Source: Lepidodermella squamata (Eukaryota; Animalia; Gastrotricha). From it: a DNA stretch of 64,000 nt. A program made the translations under genes and the position numbers. Below the pieces are notes generated by a model, which was not told the origin of the DNA, did not search any database, and was given only the letters and a program-made list of their open reading frames with translations. Of this stretch, positions 23,508 through 36,400 are shown in pieces; within the stretch, counting starts at the first letter, position 1; every line of letters starts with the position of its first letter. The stretch lies in contig JBLDXI010000028.1 in assembly GCA_047495785.1 (NCBI GenBank), positions 1,736,001-1,800,000 on the forward strand, in the 5' to 3' direction.

Positions 23508-24826
23508 ATGAATTCAAAGCTTATCATCCTCTCAATCTTTTACTTGAGCATTATCAACTTTTCTGCTCAAGATCCTCCTCCTCCTCCTGCCACACAATAC
23601 TGGCGTCGATGCTTTTCTCAAGTCGACGACAGTTTTGTGGAATGCCGAAATGAACCAGAGAGTACTTACTGCAAACCCCTCGAGTACCATGTATGTTCCT
23701 ACAAATTCCGCGAAAATAAAGTTGATTCTTCAATTCCCATAGCTGGGATCATTTCCGAGTGAAAAATCATGCAAGTCCGGGGTGAGATTACTATTTGAAG
23801 ATATTTTCTTAAAACCTTGAGTTCGGTCCGTTTTTTAAAAAGACTGTCAAACTTTGCTACAACTACCGTGGTTACACGCCATTCTGCCGTCCATCTGGAG
23901 TGCGATGCAGATCTGATGAGATTCTGGTTAGTTACTTATACCTTTTCTGGACATTTTTTGGTGAAAAGAATCTTTCTACTTTCTACGACTACTACGACGG
24001 AAATGTACCAAACTGTACCCCATTTTCAGGTACGTCGGTTCAATGGTCGCGTTCAACTGAGAACTAACATGGCGTATTGCGAGGCTGCTGTTCAAAAGTT
24101 TCAGGTTTGGCTGGAACGCAAATCACCATCTCTTTTCATTTATTTATCAAACCTTTGTAGAGCCAGCGTTTCAAAAGGTGCGAACGCGACGGGGAGATCG
24201 AAATATGCGTACCCGTCGCTTCACTAACTTCATGTCCTCTCCCGACGGTAAAAGGAGCTGTAGCTGATGACTTCAAGATGCATTTGCGATTCATACTTTG
24301 GTTTAGATGCCATCGAGGCGAACCTTCGCCAACCTGAAAGCTTGCTTGAACAATGCTGGTATAGTTTGTTCATTTCTTTCAACCGATATTAATTGTCCTT
24401 TTCCGTCTGATAGATCGTGTTCCCGACAATCAAATGCCTCATGTCCGATGTTTCAACAAGGCAACAACTGAATTCGTAGCCTGCCGCCTGGCTGGCCAGG
24501 GTTGCCGAATGAATGCCGAGTTTGAATTTCCTCGGGCGTTAGTTTTCAAGAACGAAGAAAACTGTCTCATGGAGGTTAGCTCGCGAAAAACCGTGACACA
24601 AATATAGTTGATCTTGAATATTCTTTTACAGTATAGGCTTGTCCGATGCGCGGATAGGTTTAGACGGCCCGCTTATTGTCAAAAGCAGACTATTGGCTGT
24701 GAGTGGCCTGCCCGTTGGGCGTTCCCCGACAACTACTTCTTCAGCAGCGATGAGTTCGAATGTTCAAGCAGCGGAATCGGAGCAAGAACGACAAGAACCA
24801 CGAAGGCGACGACTCGTTTGCCTTGA
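23508..24826 (+). CDS. Secreted protein with five copies of an unrecognised 4-Cys module (~291 aa, 8 exons)
   Basis: Exons 23508-23690, 23743-23781, 23843-23926, 24030-24104, 24161-24247, 24307-24358, 24414-24574, 24632-24826 join with GT-AG into one open frame. Signal peptide MNSKLIILSIFYLSIINFSA; 20 Cys in the mature chain. Confidence 0.8.
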
Positions 24827-25841
24827 GGAACGTTAATAATTAATAATTGCGAAGGAACTTCCGTTTTTTTGAAGCTATGGAATTAAAGTTGAGATGTCCA
24901 TGTCGATTAACCGCACATGAAAAGATCGAAAAGATTATTTCACCTATAAATAATAATAAAAAAATTTTTTTCTTCGCTCGATATTGTATGAGTATCATAT
25001 AGCATGACTTATAGCATGAAGATTTAAAATGACGGTTGAAGTAACAGGATTTCTGCTGAGATCTGTGACTTTCAAGTTTCATGGCAAATAAAGCAGATAG
25101 TAATAACGAATCGAAGTGGTTATCTTGAGGCATATGAAATGCAGAATTGTATGGCGCCATTGAAAAGCCATGATTCTGTTGGCATTCTTCCACGATCCTA
25201 GAACATATTGCTCCTCAAAAATAATGGCTTAAAATCGATAATGCATTTGTGTTGCCAACAACAACAATGATCATTTTATTTTATAAAAAACGATGGTCTG
25301 CAGGTAGCGCATAGGCCCCTGTTGCCCGAAGACACAGAATGAATATATAGTTTTTGTTTACAACAATAGCAGAATTAGGAAAAAAAAACCACAAAGGTTA
25401 GGTAGATCTAGCTATATAGATGCCGCTGGACAATCACTTTGTTGTCCCTAATCACCGACAGAGCACAATAAAATTTAAAAAAAAATTATTTCGATGTAAA
25501 ATCTAGGTAGAATTTACATTACCTCTCATGTTGAGAAAGTTCATGGGTGATTACTGAGGAGAAGTGTTCAAGCGGTTCAAGGTCCATTTTTTAGTAAACC
25601 ATGTAATCAAAAACGCCTGCCATATAGGTCAAATTAGCGCAGTTTTAATTGCCCTCTGCTATTAGCGTTGTTTATTGCAGCGCCGAGCTCGTGCTGAACT
25701 TTTTTTAGTAATTAACTCATGGAAGGTGACAGGAATCAATGCAACAATGCCTCAATATTCCCGCGCTATAATACACGGCTTCAACAATTAGCAGCATTAA
25801 TTAGCTTAGAAAACCGAGATAGTTACATTCGATTTCTGAAA

Positions 25842-26470
25842 ATGATGTATAAGGTCATGGTATTGCTTCGTTGAGTTTAATTAACTCTAGCGCTGAAGAC
25901 TATTGGCTTCGATGCTTTTCCCAAATCGACGACAGTTTCGTCGCATGCCGCCAACAGCGGGAGAATACCTACTGCAATGCCTTCGAGTTATCACGTATGT
26001 GTTCGCCTGTTCGCCCAAATTTTCGCACCAATCAAGTTGATTGTTTATTTTCTTTAGTTGGGATCGTTTCCGACTGAAACATCTTGCAAGGCCGGGGTAA
26101 ATTCATCCTTTGGAAAAGCTTGCAATTCAGGTTGTGTTTTTGTAGACGGTTAAACTTTGTTACAACTACTGCGCTTTCACGCCATTCCGTCAACCCTCCG
26201 GAGTGCGATGCAGGTCTGGTGAGATTTTGGTTGGTTACCTTAGCATGTTCTTATTGATTATTGTTGCGAACAGTTTTCTACGGCAAATTGTATCTCTCTC
26301 AACTTGTATCCCAGATTAGCCATAAAAATTATCGTCGCACAAACCTTGAATGGTTTCTACGATATCTTGAATTTCTCTTCATCTTCATGTACGCCGGTTC
26401 AATGGTCGCGTTCAACTGAGAAGTAACATGGCCTGTTGCGAGGCTGCTGTCAAACAGTTTCAAGTATTGC
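25842..26470 (+). pseudogene. Frameshifted paralogue of the Cys-repeat gene (exons 1-4)
   Basis: YWLRCFSQIDDSFVAC, LGSFPTETSCKAG, TVKLCYNY and RRFNGRVQLR exons are recognisable. There are frameshifts near 25870 and 25988, and exon-4 splice sites are mutated. Confidence 0.85.
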
Positions 26471-27486
26471 TGGGATACATTAGCAATCGATCTATTTTCT
26501 TCATTTCTCAAACTCAGATGAATACTTACTCTTTCAATTTCAATTTAAATAATCTGGTTTCTCTTATCATGGGAAAAATAAAACGTTGAATGCTGATGTT
26601 GCTAGCGTATTGTTTTGTGTTACCTAAGTTTATTTTTCTGATGAGATGCTAATAAGGCGAGGCTTATGGAAAACAGCTATGCCTTTCTTTTGGCCTCAGC
26701 CTCAGAATTGCGCTCCTGTCTTCTGCTGTTTTTTTACGTCTTTTTTAATCGAAACATTCGTTTGACCGCTTAGCGTAAAGCTGAATCGTGAAAATGGTCA
26801 AGGCAAATGAATTGTCTGAACTTGATCCAAAGAAAAATTAGTTACAATATATTTTTTTATTTTCATGGCCAGATTGGTGTTTATCGATTTCCTTTATTCA
26901 TGAATCGCATACAAGTCTGACGCTGTGTTTCAAGCGGGTCCAATGTTTTTATATCAGCCGCGAATTTCTCCGAATTCAGCCCACACAAAAACAGCGCAAA
27001 ACTGATATTTTCTTGCAAACGCGTCAGGTCTTTGCTGTCGATGCGGCTGAATAGTCGATCAGGAGAAGCCAGGGCGTTGCCAAGTGAAACAAGCTCTTCG
27101 AGAAAATTTCCCCTATCCGCCAGGCCTTTGTAACAAGGTGGAGAGTACCAGAAAGGCTTGACTTTGGGCAGGTGGATCAAGGCTTTGCCGGTCGCATGCG
27201 CCAATCTTCCAAAGTCCTCTTGTAACTCAATGTTGAGAGGATCGTTTCGAAATTCACGGGCGAGAACAGGTAGGTTTTGAGTGACGAAAAATGCAAAGGA
27301 AGGCTGTTCACCCATGGCTATGGCGATGCTTTTCTCCAGGGTGAGTATGCACCAAATAACGTTAGGCGAGGCGTATAAGGCGCAGTTGGGCTGTCGAAGA
27401 ACGAAGTGGAAAATGTGACCTAAAATAATAAAAAATAAGAGCAAATTACAAAAACTTGGCAATTGAGCTCAACATTTAAAATTAGG

Positions 27487-27962
27487 ACAACGCCGTCCGC
27501 TTCGTCCTCCCGATCCGCGAAGCTGTCGAGCAACTACGTCTCTCTGCGAACCCGGTGCCCCGGTCTCCGCTAGCCCTGATCGCCAGCAGGCTTCCTCGGG
27601 GTCCTCTGCCCACCTTCGGTGTGTGATCTTTCCGTGTCTCTTCCGTCTTTCTACATCTTGTACGTCTTGTCTTGTATCATCCTGGTTCCTCTTCTCCTTT
27701 CTTTTCTTTTTCTTCCCGCTGCACTCCTTCTGTTCTGATTAACCCATTACTTGTAATCTTCTGCATACGATAAATATTCGTTTAGCTCGCCCACTAGCGT
27801 CCTCAGCGCACTGCCGCCGGCAAGCGCATGTCGTTTCGCGACCGCGTGCCATCTCTGTCACTTTGTAATGTTCGAAAGAAGGGAATTTATTATGTTATAT
27901 TGTTCTTTTATATTTTTGTGACTGATGGACAAATAAATTTGAATTTAGAATTTAGATTTAGG
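27487..27962 (+). mobile_element. Probable LINE 3' end
   Basis: GC-rich segment and pyrimidine tract, then AATAAA followed by a TTTAGA-type tail repeat at 27932-27961. Confidence 0.45.
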
Positions 27963-28204
27963 CAGCTTGAATTTTAATTTGCAAACTTCGCAAGCTACAC
28001 CCTATCCTAGGGTGTCATTACGGACGAGCCCCCTTTCCTGAGTCTCTGATCGTTATGGCAGAAGGTCATCAACGGAAAAACGGATGCCTTGATGGCGTCT
28101 ACGGTGTTAAACTTCTTCTTTCCTAGTTTGTTAAAAAAACCCATCAGCGACGGTCAAAGAAGATGAAAAAGCATAGGTAAAAGCGATTACCCTATGCTTT
28201 TTGG

Positions 28205-28400
28205 ATGCAAGCTTCGCACCATGATTACATTTTTTGTTATGCCGATTTCAGATTGGGTGACGCAATAGAGAACCTAGGTTGTTTTTTTTATATGTCAACA
28301 ACAGGTATTTCAGTTGAACACGGGGCCTAGGCGTTTTTACTCCCTATTTTAATGCTACCGAGTTCAGAATTTCAAATCGCAATCACGCATCGTTTATTAG
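28205..28400 (-). pseudogene. Degenerate duplicate of 29305-29500 (TPR-helical family fragment)
   Basis: Shared gccgatttca.attgggtgac, tatttcagttgaa and ttactcc.tattttaatgc blocks. Confidence 0.65.
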
Positions 28401-28904
28401 GCAAGCCGACATCACGCTATGTATCCAGAGATATGCGCCTTTTTCAAGATCACTAGCGCTCAGAGGAAATAGCTGGCTTGTCGAAATCTAATACGGCCCC
28501 AAAGTTATTTCCTGAGTGTCCGAAACCTTTTGTTGATCAGCTGCCCGAGCCGAAGCGTTCGAAGCGCAAAGCCCCTTCTTCGGAAGAGGTCAGCGTGAGC
28601 TGGACCAAAGTTATAAGGCGTTCTCCTGCAGCAGATCACTCGAACATCTAGTTTTTTCAATTACATCTGCAGCTGAATTTCTCGTGATAAACAACGAGTC
28701 AGATCAGGATACTGCGCATATTCATATTGCACCGGCGAAACCGATATGGACCCGCAAGAAATAAGCTACATACGCAAGTGGGAAGAGACGGAGCAGAAAG
28801 AATGGTGGTGGAGATACGAAACTCATGGTAAAGCGGCGTATGACAAGAAGAGATTTGAGCGATCATGGAAGAAGCTAGTCCAGTGGTTCGGAAATCGGCC
28901 GCAA

Positions 28905-29215
28905 CACTCTCGGCGTGGTTATGGGTACGAGCAACAAGGAACTAAAATGTCACCCTGTTGGGGTAGCCGTTACTGGAGGAGATAGGCCGGAGGATCACCG
29001 TTTTGCCTTGAAGAGTGTGAAGGATGCTTATTTACGAGTGTGCGGTAAGTGGCGCTTAATCCTTCTTAAAATATCATTAATTCAACTTCATTATAGGTGT
29101 AGAGCAACATAGGCCGCCTGTGGTCGTGCACGATGGTGCGCCGGCTGTAGCAGGTGCTATCACGGACGTGTACGGCGCGGACGTTCTGCAGCGAATGTGT
29201 AAAATAGGCTATACC
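28905..29215 (+). mobile_element. MULE (Mutator) transposase remnant with an intron
   Basis: GVVMGTSNKELKCHPVGVAV..EDHRFAL, then intron 29045-29096, then PVVVHDGAPAVAGAITDVYGADVLQRMC (second catalytic Asp region). Confidence 0.75.
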
Positions 29216-32200
29216 GAAGACCGAGGGAGCTAAAGACGCGAAGAGCAACAAGTACAAAATACGAAAATTCTTGTGTGCGATTACACAATGCTTTAAAGCT
29301 TGTGACCGGAGTTCGCGCCATGGCTACATTTATTTCGGCCGATTTCAAATTGGGTGACAGACCCCAGGGGTGACAACCTAAGCAGTTCAATTCGATAAAG
29401 CAACAGCTATTTCAGTTGAATGCCCGCCAATGCGAGGCCTTGAGATGCGACTTTACTCCATATTTTAATGCACGCGGGTTCAGCATTTCAAATTTCACCT
29501 TGTGTACTACATCTTCAAACATGCGTTACGATCTAGGTGTTTTGGATGCAACGAAATGCGACAAGCGTATTATTGAATGCTTCACATTGTCAAGGAGTTG
29601 CCCATCAACTGTCAAAGGCCGCCAGGCAGACAGTGATAATGCTTTGTCCGATGATGCAATACTAATCTACAATTGCTTGGCGCAAACAATCTGTCATTAA
29701 TTTCGGCAATTCTAGACCCTGCCACACGACGGAATTATATAGCTTCCCCTGAACCCATGCGGACTTCTGGGAAAAAAAATGATTAAACAACTCACTTAGA
29801 TTTGAAGCAATTGCAATAGAATTTCCAAGCTCAGATTGGGTAGCTTTGCGCCATGGGTCCAAAATCCATTTCAGCTTCTCATCAATGAAGTTCCTGAATC
29901 TCGTCAGAGCCAATACAAACGAATTTTCCTCGCGCATAACCAGTTTTGGGGTTGAGCAAAACGCCGCAAGCCAACAGTGAATACCGAACGTTGGATCGCA
30001 AATCGGGAAGCGGTCTCTGATGAAATTATCACGCATGTCCAAGCTGGTTTCCACCTGAAGTACGATTCGGAGGAAATATTCGAAAATCAGCCGATGAACG
30101 GGTGATTGGACCAACAATCGAATCGCGTCACGTTTCACCATTTGCCCACCCAGCGAGCATAGAAATTCAAAGAACCATAGACCAGGGGTGAAAATCAAGG
30201 GATTTATGGTGTGATTTCGAATTTCAGGGTTATCAGTGAGATGAATCAGTAACAAAAAGACCAGCTGCAAAACCATTGCTTCGAAAAAGTTCAAGGTTGT
30301 AAAATCGATTTTAGTAGAAAAGAGTCGAGTAATCAGCGGAATTCGAGGGATGACTTTCATCAGAGATGCGTCTTTGAGAAATCGAGGACATTCTTGAGCA
30401 TGCATGACGAGTTCATACAAGGTAAATAAAAATTTAGCTTCAGTGCTTGCGAGAGAGCCAAATTGAGTGATTGATGGCAAAGTTCCGAGTAGAATCAGCC
30501 TTTCTTTTGCGGATTTCAGAGTCGCAGCATCGAAGCGGGTTTCCTGGCCTGGTTTGCGATTGATGCGAATTTGACCAATCTTAGCTTCGAGTTCTAAGAT
30601 AAAATATTGAAAAACGTAAATTATACAGAAATTTAAGCTTTTAAGAACATTTGGTTGCATTCAACAACCATTTCATGATTCGAAGTTTCCGGGTAATTGT
30701 TATTTTTATTCAATCTATTAAACAGCTCCTTTGTTTAGATCTATCGTCATTACACTATTTTCCATCAGTCCTTACCGCGAAGTCCACGTTCTTAATAAAT
30801 ACCGCAAGCACGTATCAAAATCTAAATCGACGCCGTCGTCGACTTTGACTTCGGCGAAGAAGTGGCGCCGGAATCTTGCAAATAAGCGCTGCGCACCTGA
30901 TGAACCTACACCAAAGTTTCCGCTTGCCCTTTGCAAAAAGCGAAAACTGGGACATAATTTCGCTCAAAATTTCAACTCAGCTCATCGAACAGTGCTCACC
31001 TTGGTCGAAACTCCTAGCGGCTCTGCGAAAATTCTATCTTCAAGAATAATTTTTATTTATAAATTAACCATTTTTGAAAACAAAAATTAAGGTCGATTAA
31101 CTACGCTTCTCCGACTACTTATTCTTTGACTATTAAGTCCTAGGCGAAGGCACTCTGGAAACTTTTCGACACTACAAAGAGTAAAAACTTGGATTTGAGC
31201 AAAAAATGGAGAAGAACGACTTATCTCGATCGCTCTTATTGCCATTCGCTATAATCTCTAATATATCTTATTCCACAGACCTACATTAACCACTCCACCG
31301 ATATCTCAATGATTCTACCAGATATAACCCCGGACGAACACTCTTACGATTGTTCTAGAGCATATCGGAATACCACCATAAGTTCTTACGAATGAAGTGG
31401 TTGTGTCTTTGTTTTATAGACAATTTATTATGGACAGACGTGTCCACTACCCCAACAGGGGCAAAAACCCCTTTTTGGGCCATAACCCTTCTTACTATGC
31501 CTCCAGAGCTCAAGCAACTGCATCGACCTTCAGAAACTACGACAGTCATGGTCATAAGACCGCCAGGAAAATCCTGGATGAAATCTCCACCGCCAACCCA
31601 GCTATAATGGCAAAGCTAGAGTCGGGGCCTTCGTTTGAATTCGGGGATATGTGGGGGTCAGCAAGAAGCTGCCTCCTCTACGACTAACCCCGCTCTATCT
31701 AAAGAGGAGGAAGCCCTGAAGAAGGATATCTTCAGACTTCTAACCCAAGCCCAACAGGGCTGGTTTCAGCACTATTTCGATGAAACTCCGGACCAGGATT
31801 TTAACACAGTCACGGCAGCTCTATCGAAGTTCACGTCGGTAGACGAGTCCATCTCACCACCACAGTGTCTAAAGTCCACCATGGCGTGGGAAACCCGTAC
31901 CAATCTCGGCAACCAACTACAATAAGTATCACTGTAAGTAAAGTAAGTAGGCAAGTAACTGTAAAGAACGTAGTTGAAACAGTATCACTTACAGTTCGAT
32001 AAGAGGACAAGAACGAGTTTTGCGGAGCTGTGTTTACTCTTAACTTGTCCCAAGCCGAGAATCACATGTAAATTATCTCACTACCTACAGATTTTTTAAT
32101 AAATTTGCGGTATATTATTAATTTTGTGAATGCTAATAAAAGGCCAATAATCCGCTCTGGCGCATATGGCAAGCGACTCCGCAAGCTCATTCAGCCGAAG

Positions 32201-32599
32201 GTGTTATCCAGGGAGAGATTGGTTGAAATTCGATTCAGCGACGCCACCTGGGCAACTATTGAGCAATTCTCACCTATGCATGAGCGAGAAGTAAAAGATA
32301 AATCGGATTATGTCATTAACTAGGTGAAATCGTCAACCACCAAGCGCGACAAGGCCGGTAAAATAGTTCAAATTACTAAGTAGAAGGTTTCTAAATTGTA
32401 AATTCCGTAAACCGATTCTTGTACGTCTCAAGTTTTGGAACTGAGTACGATTGCCTCGTGTATTTCCGCTGGTACTTAGTAGAGCTTCACACTGTCACTA
32501 TGGTCGCAATTGCCGAGTCAGCAGTCAGACATATTTGCTACTTCTGGAAAGCGTGAGAAACAGAACCGCATAATCCCCTTTTCGATCTAGATAACATGG

Positions 32600-33440
32600 A
32601 GCCACTCATCATCAACAATTGTCGATGGCTGCTGGAAAACGGCTCGCTAAGCCGTGGCTGCCACGCTTTTCGCGATCGCTGTCGACGGTGGTAGTGCCGA
32701 CTTATAATAACAACGTCTCTGACCTGAATCTCGCACTTGACCAAATTAACGAATGGACGAATTCTTGGCAACTTCAACTTTGCTTAAATGATGTACGATA
32801 CAGATTCAACATCTTCGTCATCCAGCCAGCCGTCTGCTAATTCGTCTACTTCAAGTGATGAAGATGTCTGTCGTCAAAAACAGAAGAAGAGGAAGGAAGA
32901 CAAGTGACAGCTTGAAGCGCCGTCGACGCAATAAAGCTGCCAGCTCCGCTAGTTGGTATGCAATTTGGGGGTGTGTAACGAAATTTTGGGCTGGGTAACC
33001 CTTGCCTAGAACGATCTATAAAATTGGTGACCACGAATTGACAATTGCTAATTCCATTCGAGATCTCGGTGTTGATTGATGATAAACTCTCTTTCTCTGA
33101 ACATTGCGATTCAGTTGTGAAAAAGCAATGCATCGTGTAAATCCTTTCTTCCACGCTTGCAAAACTCGCGATAAAGCCACGTTATGGAAATTGTGCAGGC
33201 ATGTCATGATTCCGCTATAGAGCAGTAGGGCAAGTTGTTTCGCATGGTCAGGGATGTTAGCGCGGTTTTCAAGCGATGGGCCAGAAGCCCTGATGGCGAG
33301 CCTTTTTGAGCTTTGGTGCGACAACTGCGAGGTAGACACTCACTCGACAGAGGCCTGCCGCTTTGCCAAACGCCGCCCGCCAGCCTCTACCGTCTACTGA
33401 CTTAATGCTGTCTTGATAATATAAATCTAAATCTAAAAAA
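32600..33440 (+). mobile_element. CR1-type LINE RT remnants and tail
   Basis: DLNLALDQINEWTNSWQLQL (32720-32780); YKIGDHELTIANSIRDLGV and IDDKLSFSEHCDSVVKKA (33016-33130); (AAATCT)n tail at ~33424. Confidence 0.75.
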
Positions 33441-36400
33441 TATATAATTTCCTGTGATTTGTGATGAATATGATTGAAAATATGCTAGTAAAAGTTATTC
33501 TCATCGTAAATACGATTTGGTAGGGTGGGGAAGTAGGTGAGGTTGGGCTCTTGCCGAGCGTAATTTCTCACCCTAACCAAGATCGCGTGCCTAATGCCTA
33601 ATTACATTCATTCACGTGTTATTGTTATTGTTAATATCAATGTTGGCGGGAAGTTAGCTCTATGTAAACAGCTTAGGAGTGATAATAAAGAGTTCAGTCT
33701 CAGTCATTCTAGTCTTTTTATTCACTAAAGCACCTAATTATTTTTTGAATATTTTCAGTCGTACAGCTTATAGCTGTCCTACAAACCAGGTCATTCCCTT
33801 AACATACTCGCTAAATTTGTGTCCTATTGGGACTATTTTGACTTTCAGCAACGGTGGCTCGCTAACGGTGAAGAATTAGCTCATGAAATGTTGTGAGCTT
33901 ACTGGAATGGGTTCTTACTGTTCATGGTCCAAGTTTGACCCCGTGGTTATAAAATGACAGCCGACAGCCGATAAAGGTAACCTGACACAATTTTTCAAGA
34001 ATGTAAAAATTGTCATGCAGCCCTGGTTTTTCGCAAACGATGTGCGAATTCCAGACTAAGGATCGGAACATTTTGCGCAGTACTAAACCCGCATCAATTC
34101 ATACCAACGACTGATATTAAATAATTACCTGTCATAAAATCCTTCCCAGCTCGAGGCGACGCGACGTACTGCATGTGAGCCAATTCATTCTCAACCATGC
34201 GATCGAAACCAAGATGAGCAAATGCAGTCGCACACAATTGGCTCGCTCGAATCGAATCAGTATTGATCTGAAGCGCAAATTTTGCGAAAATAACAGCTTC
34301 TTCGTATCGAGCGAGTTGGATTAAACTCTGGGCAGCGTTTGTGTAGAAACGGATATCATTAGGCGGTGGCCAATCCGCTGAGAAAATGGCTGATTTGTAA
34401 GATTCATAAGCTTCCGCGTATTTCCTAGCTTCGAACAATTTGTTGCCAGCAATGCGAATTCGCTCTTGTTTAGCTGCCAAATCTTCGACCAATTTTTCTC
34501 CTCCGCAGATATCGAATTGAATCTCACGCTGCAACTTTTGAACATCTTCCAGCGACTTCAGCTCGGCAAGTAGGTCCAAACGTTGCCAATCCGAAGATTC
34601 GACTCGAGCATCGTATTCATAAGGGCCAAAGATCCTCTCGAAACTTCTCATGCTATAAAAATTCTACCTTTTAAGGATTTATCGTAATTAAACACAATAA
34701 GAAGGGCACGTGTTCCTGCCCGCTTAATATGTGAAATGATTAGTTTAGAGCTCAACAAGCCTAGGCGGCGGCAAGAATTTGGTAATTTCATTAAAGATTC
34801 GCATCCGGCCAGCATCGCACATAGGGGTCGGAAACCAGTTGGGCTGTTTGCAAAGTACACCGTCAGTTCATACAGGGTGATTAGAAGCGTGGTCTCATCG
34901 ACGATGGGTGAGCACTTCCCGAGAGGAAAAATAGCCGATCCAAGGCTGATTTCATCGAATCATTGTCCGATTTCAAATTTCGATCGGTGCGAATCTTCGA
35001 CGCCAAGTCTAAGATAAAATGAAAAGTTCATATTATGACGAATGAATGAAGTATTCTTTACAGAAAACTTTGCAATTTATAACTATATGCCGGCTATTGA
35101 AAAAGTTGAGAAGCTCTGAACAACAAGTTTATGTCTGTTTTACTGAGGGTAATGGCTGTTAACCATGTACCTCTAATTTCACTTTCACGGAGGATTCCTT
35201 TGATTAAATTTGATTAGAATTTGATTAAACTAAAATACTGGAACTCATGGAAAATATGTCTGACTCTTGCGCTGTTTTTCCCGACAGGCAAGCTACTTCA
35301 TTTTATTAAGCTCTTTGGCATGGAAATTCTATCGTCGTCTCTTTGTTCGAAAAACTTGAAGCGCTGGTCGAGAATCAACAATGAACAACTGAACAATGAA
35401 CAATCAACAACTGAATGGCCTGCCATTAAAGAGGGCGTGCTAGAAGAAGTAGGATAATTCTGGCAAAAAATCATCAACGGTAAAATGGTCGCCTCCAAGG
35501 TGTATACCATGCAAAACTTCATGGACATCCGAGTTGAATACCTTGGCGTATTCTTTCTAGTTTGTTCCTAGTTCATTCGCTCTGGTAAAACGCTGCTGCC
35601 GCGCAAAAAAGATGAATCACCAACCGAGCAGCAACAACGAGGTCCTAACTTCACCCGCGGAACACGTTCTGGGCCAAAACTGGGCCAAGTCAACATGACC
35701 GTAACCTTGAATCTGCAACGTCGAACACATTTGACTCATCCACATGGACCGACTTACTATTATCAGCGACAACTTCTCACGTTTTGCAATTAAAAATCTC
35801 GATTGCTAGAATGACTTACGATGCAAAATTTCACCCCAAGCGCGGTCATCCAACTGATGGACGCGAACCGGTCAATAGCAAATCTGCCGAGGCCGGTCGA
35901 CAGCTTTATGAAGCAGAACGCACTGAAGAAAAGAATAATTACTGCATCAGTTTCGCAGAGAAAGGATCAGACTGTCGCAGTTCGAAAAACAAAATGGCTT
36001 ACTATTATACGGATTACCGTTGTCCAACACGAGGCCTTGAGATGGACCGAAAACATATTCGTGTTTGAGATGAAAGACGCATCTCCCGACCCGAGATTTC
36101 GTCTCAGGCATCCCAACAAGCCTCCTCACCCGAGCAACAAGCCGCCCCCCGTTGCCCAATGCAACGTTGCGCCTGTCGACTGCAGCCAACGACGCCTCAT
36201 TCTCGCCTCGTGCCTTAATCACAGGGCCACCGGGAGATCATCTTCCTTCGTTGTGTCTTGCTACGACGACTACTCCGGAGTTTCCATTGCCGATCACGAG
36301 CCTGACCACATGGATTTACCAACCATTGTGGAATCGGAGGCTGATAACCACAGAGTAAACCCTGGAATCTCGACCTCTGTCGAGGTAGAGGCAGCAAACC

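Larger units (their letters stand above)
26881..34651 (-). pseudogene. TPR + helical-domain family, copy X (probably a pseudogene)
   Basis: Exons: TPR 34651-34129 (GNKLFEARKYAEAYESY..FYTNAAQSLIQL), a small exon 34082-33982, 30593-~29300 (in-frame stops at 29662 and ~29526) and 27418-26881. The three large blocks align with blocks of 63474-56414. Confidence 0.7.

Noticed and set aside
29662-29664. Stop-codon readthrough or recoding in the TPR-helical family
   Set aside because: Additional stops and frameshifts in both copies fit ordinary pseudogenisation; the intact genes use the standard code.
33915-34082. Apparent MYND-like zinc finger after the TPR exon
   Set aside because: The cysteines fall in different frames; the in-frame exon has only two Cys.
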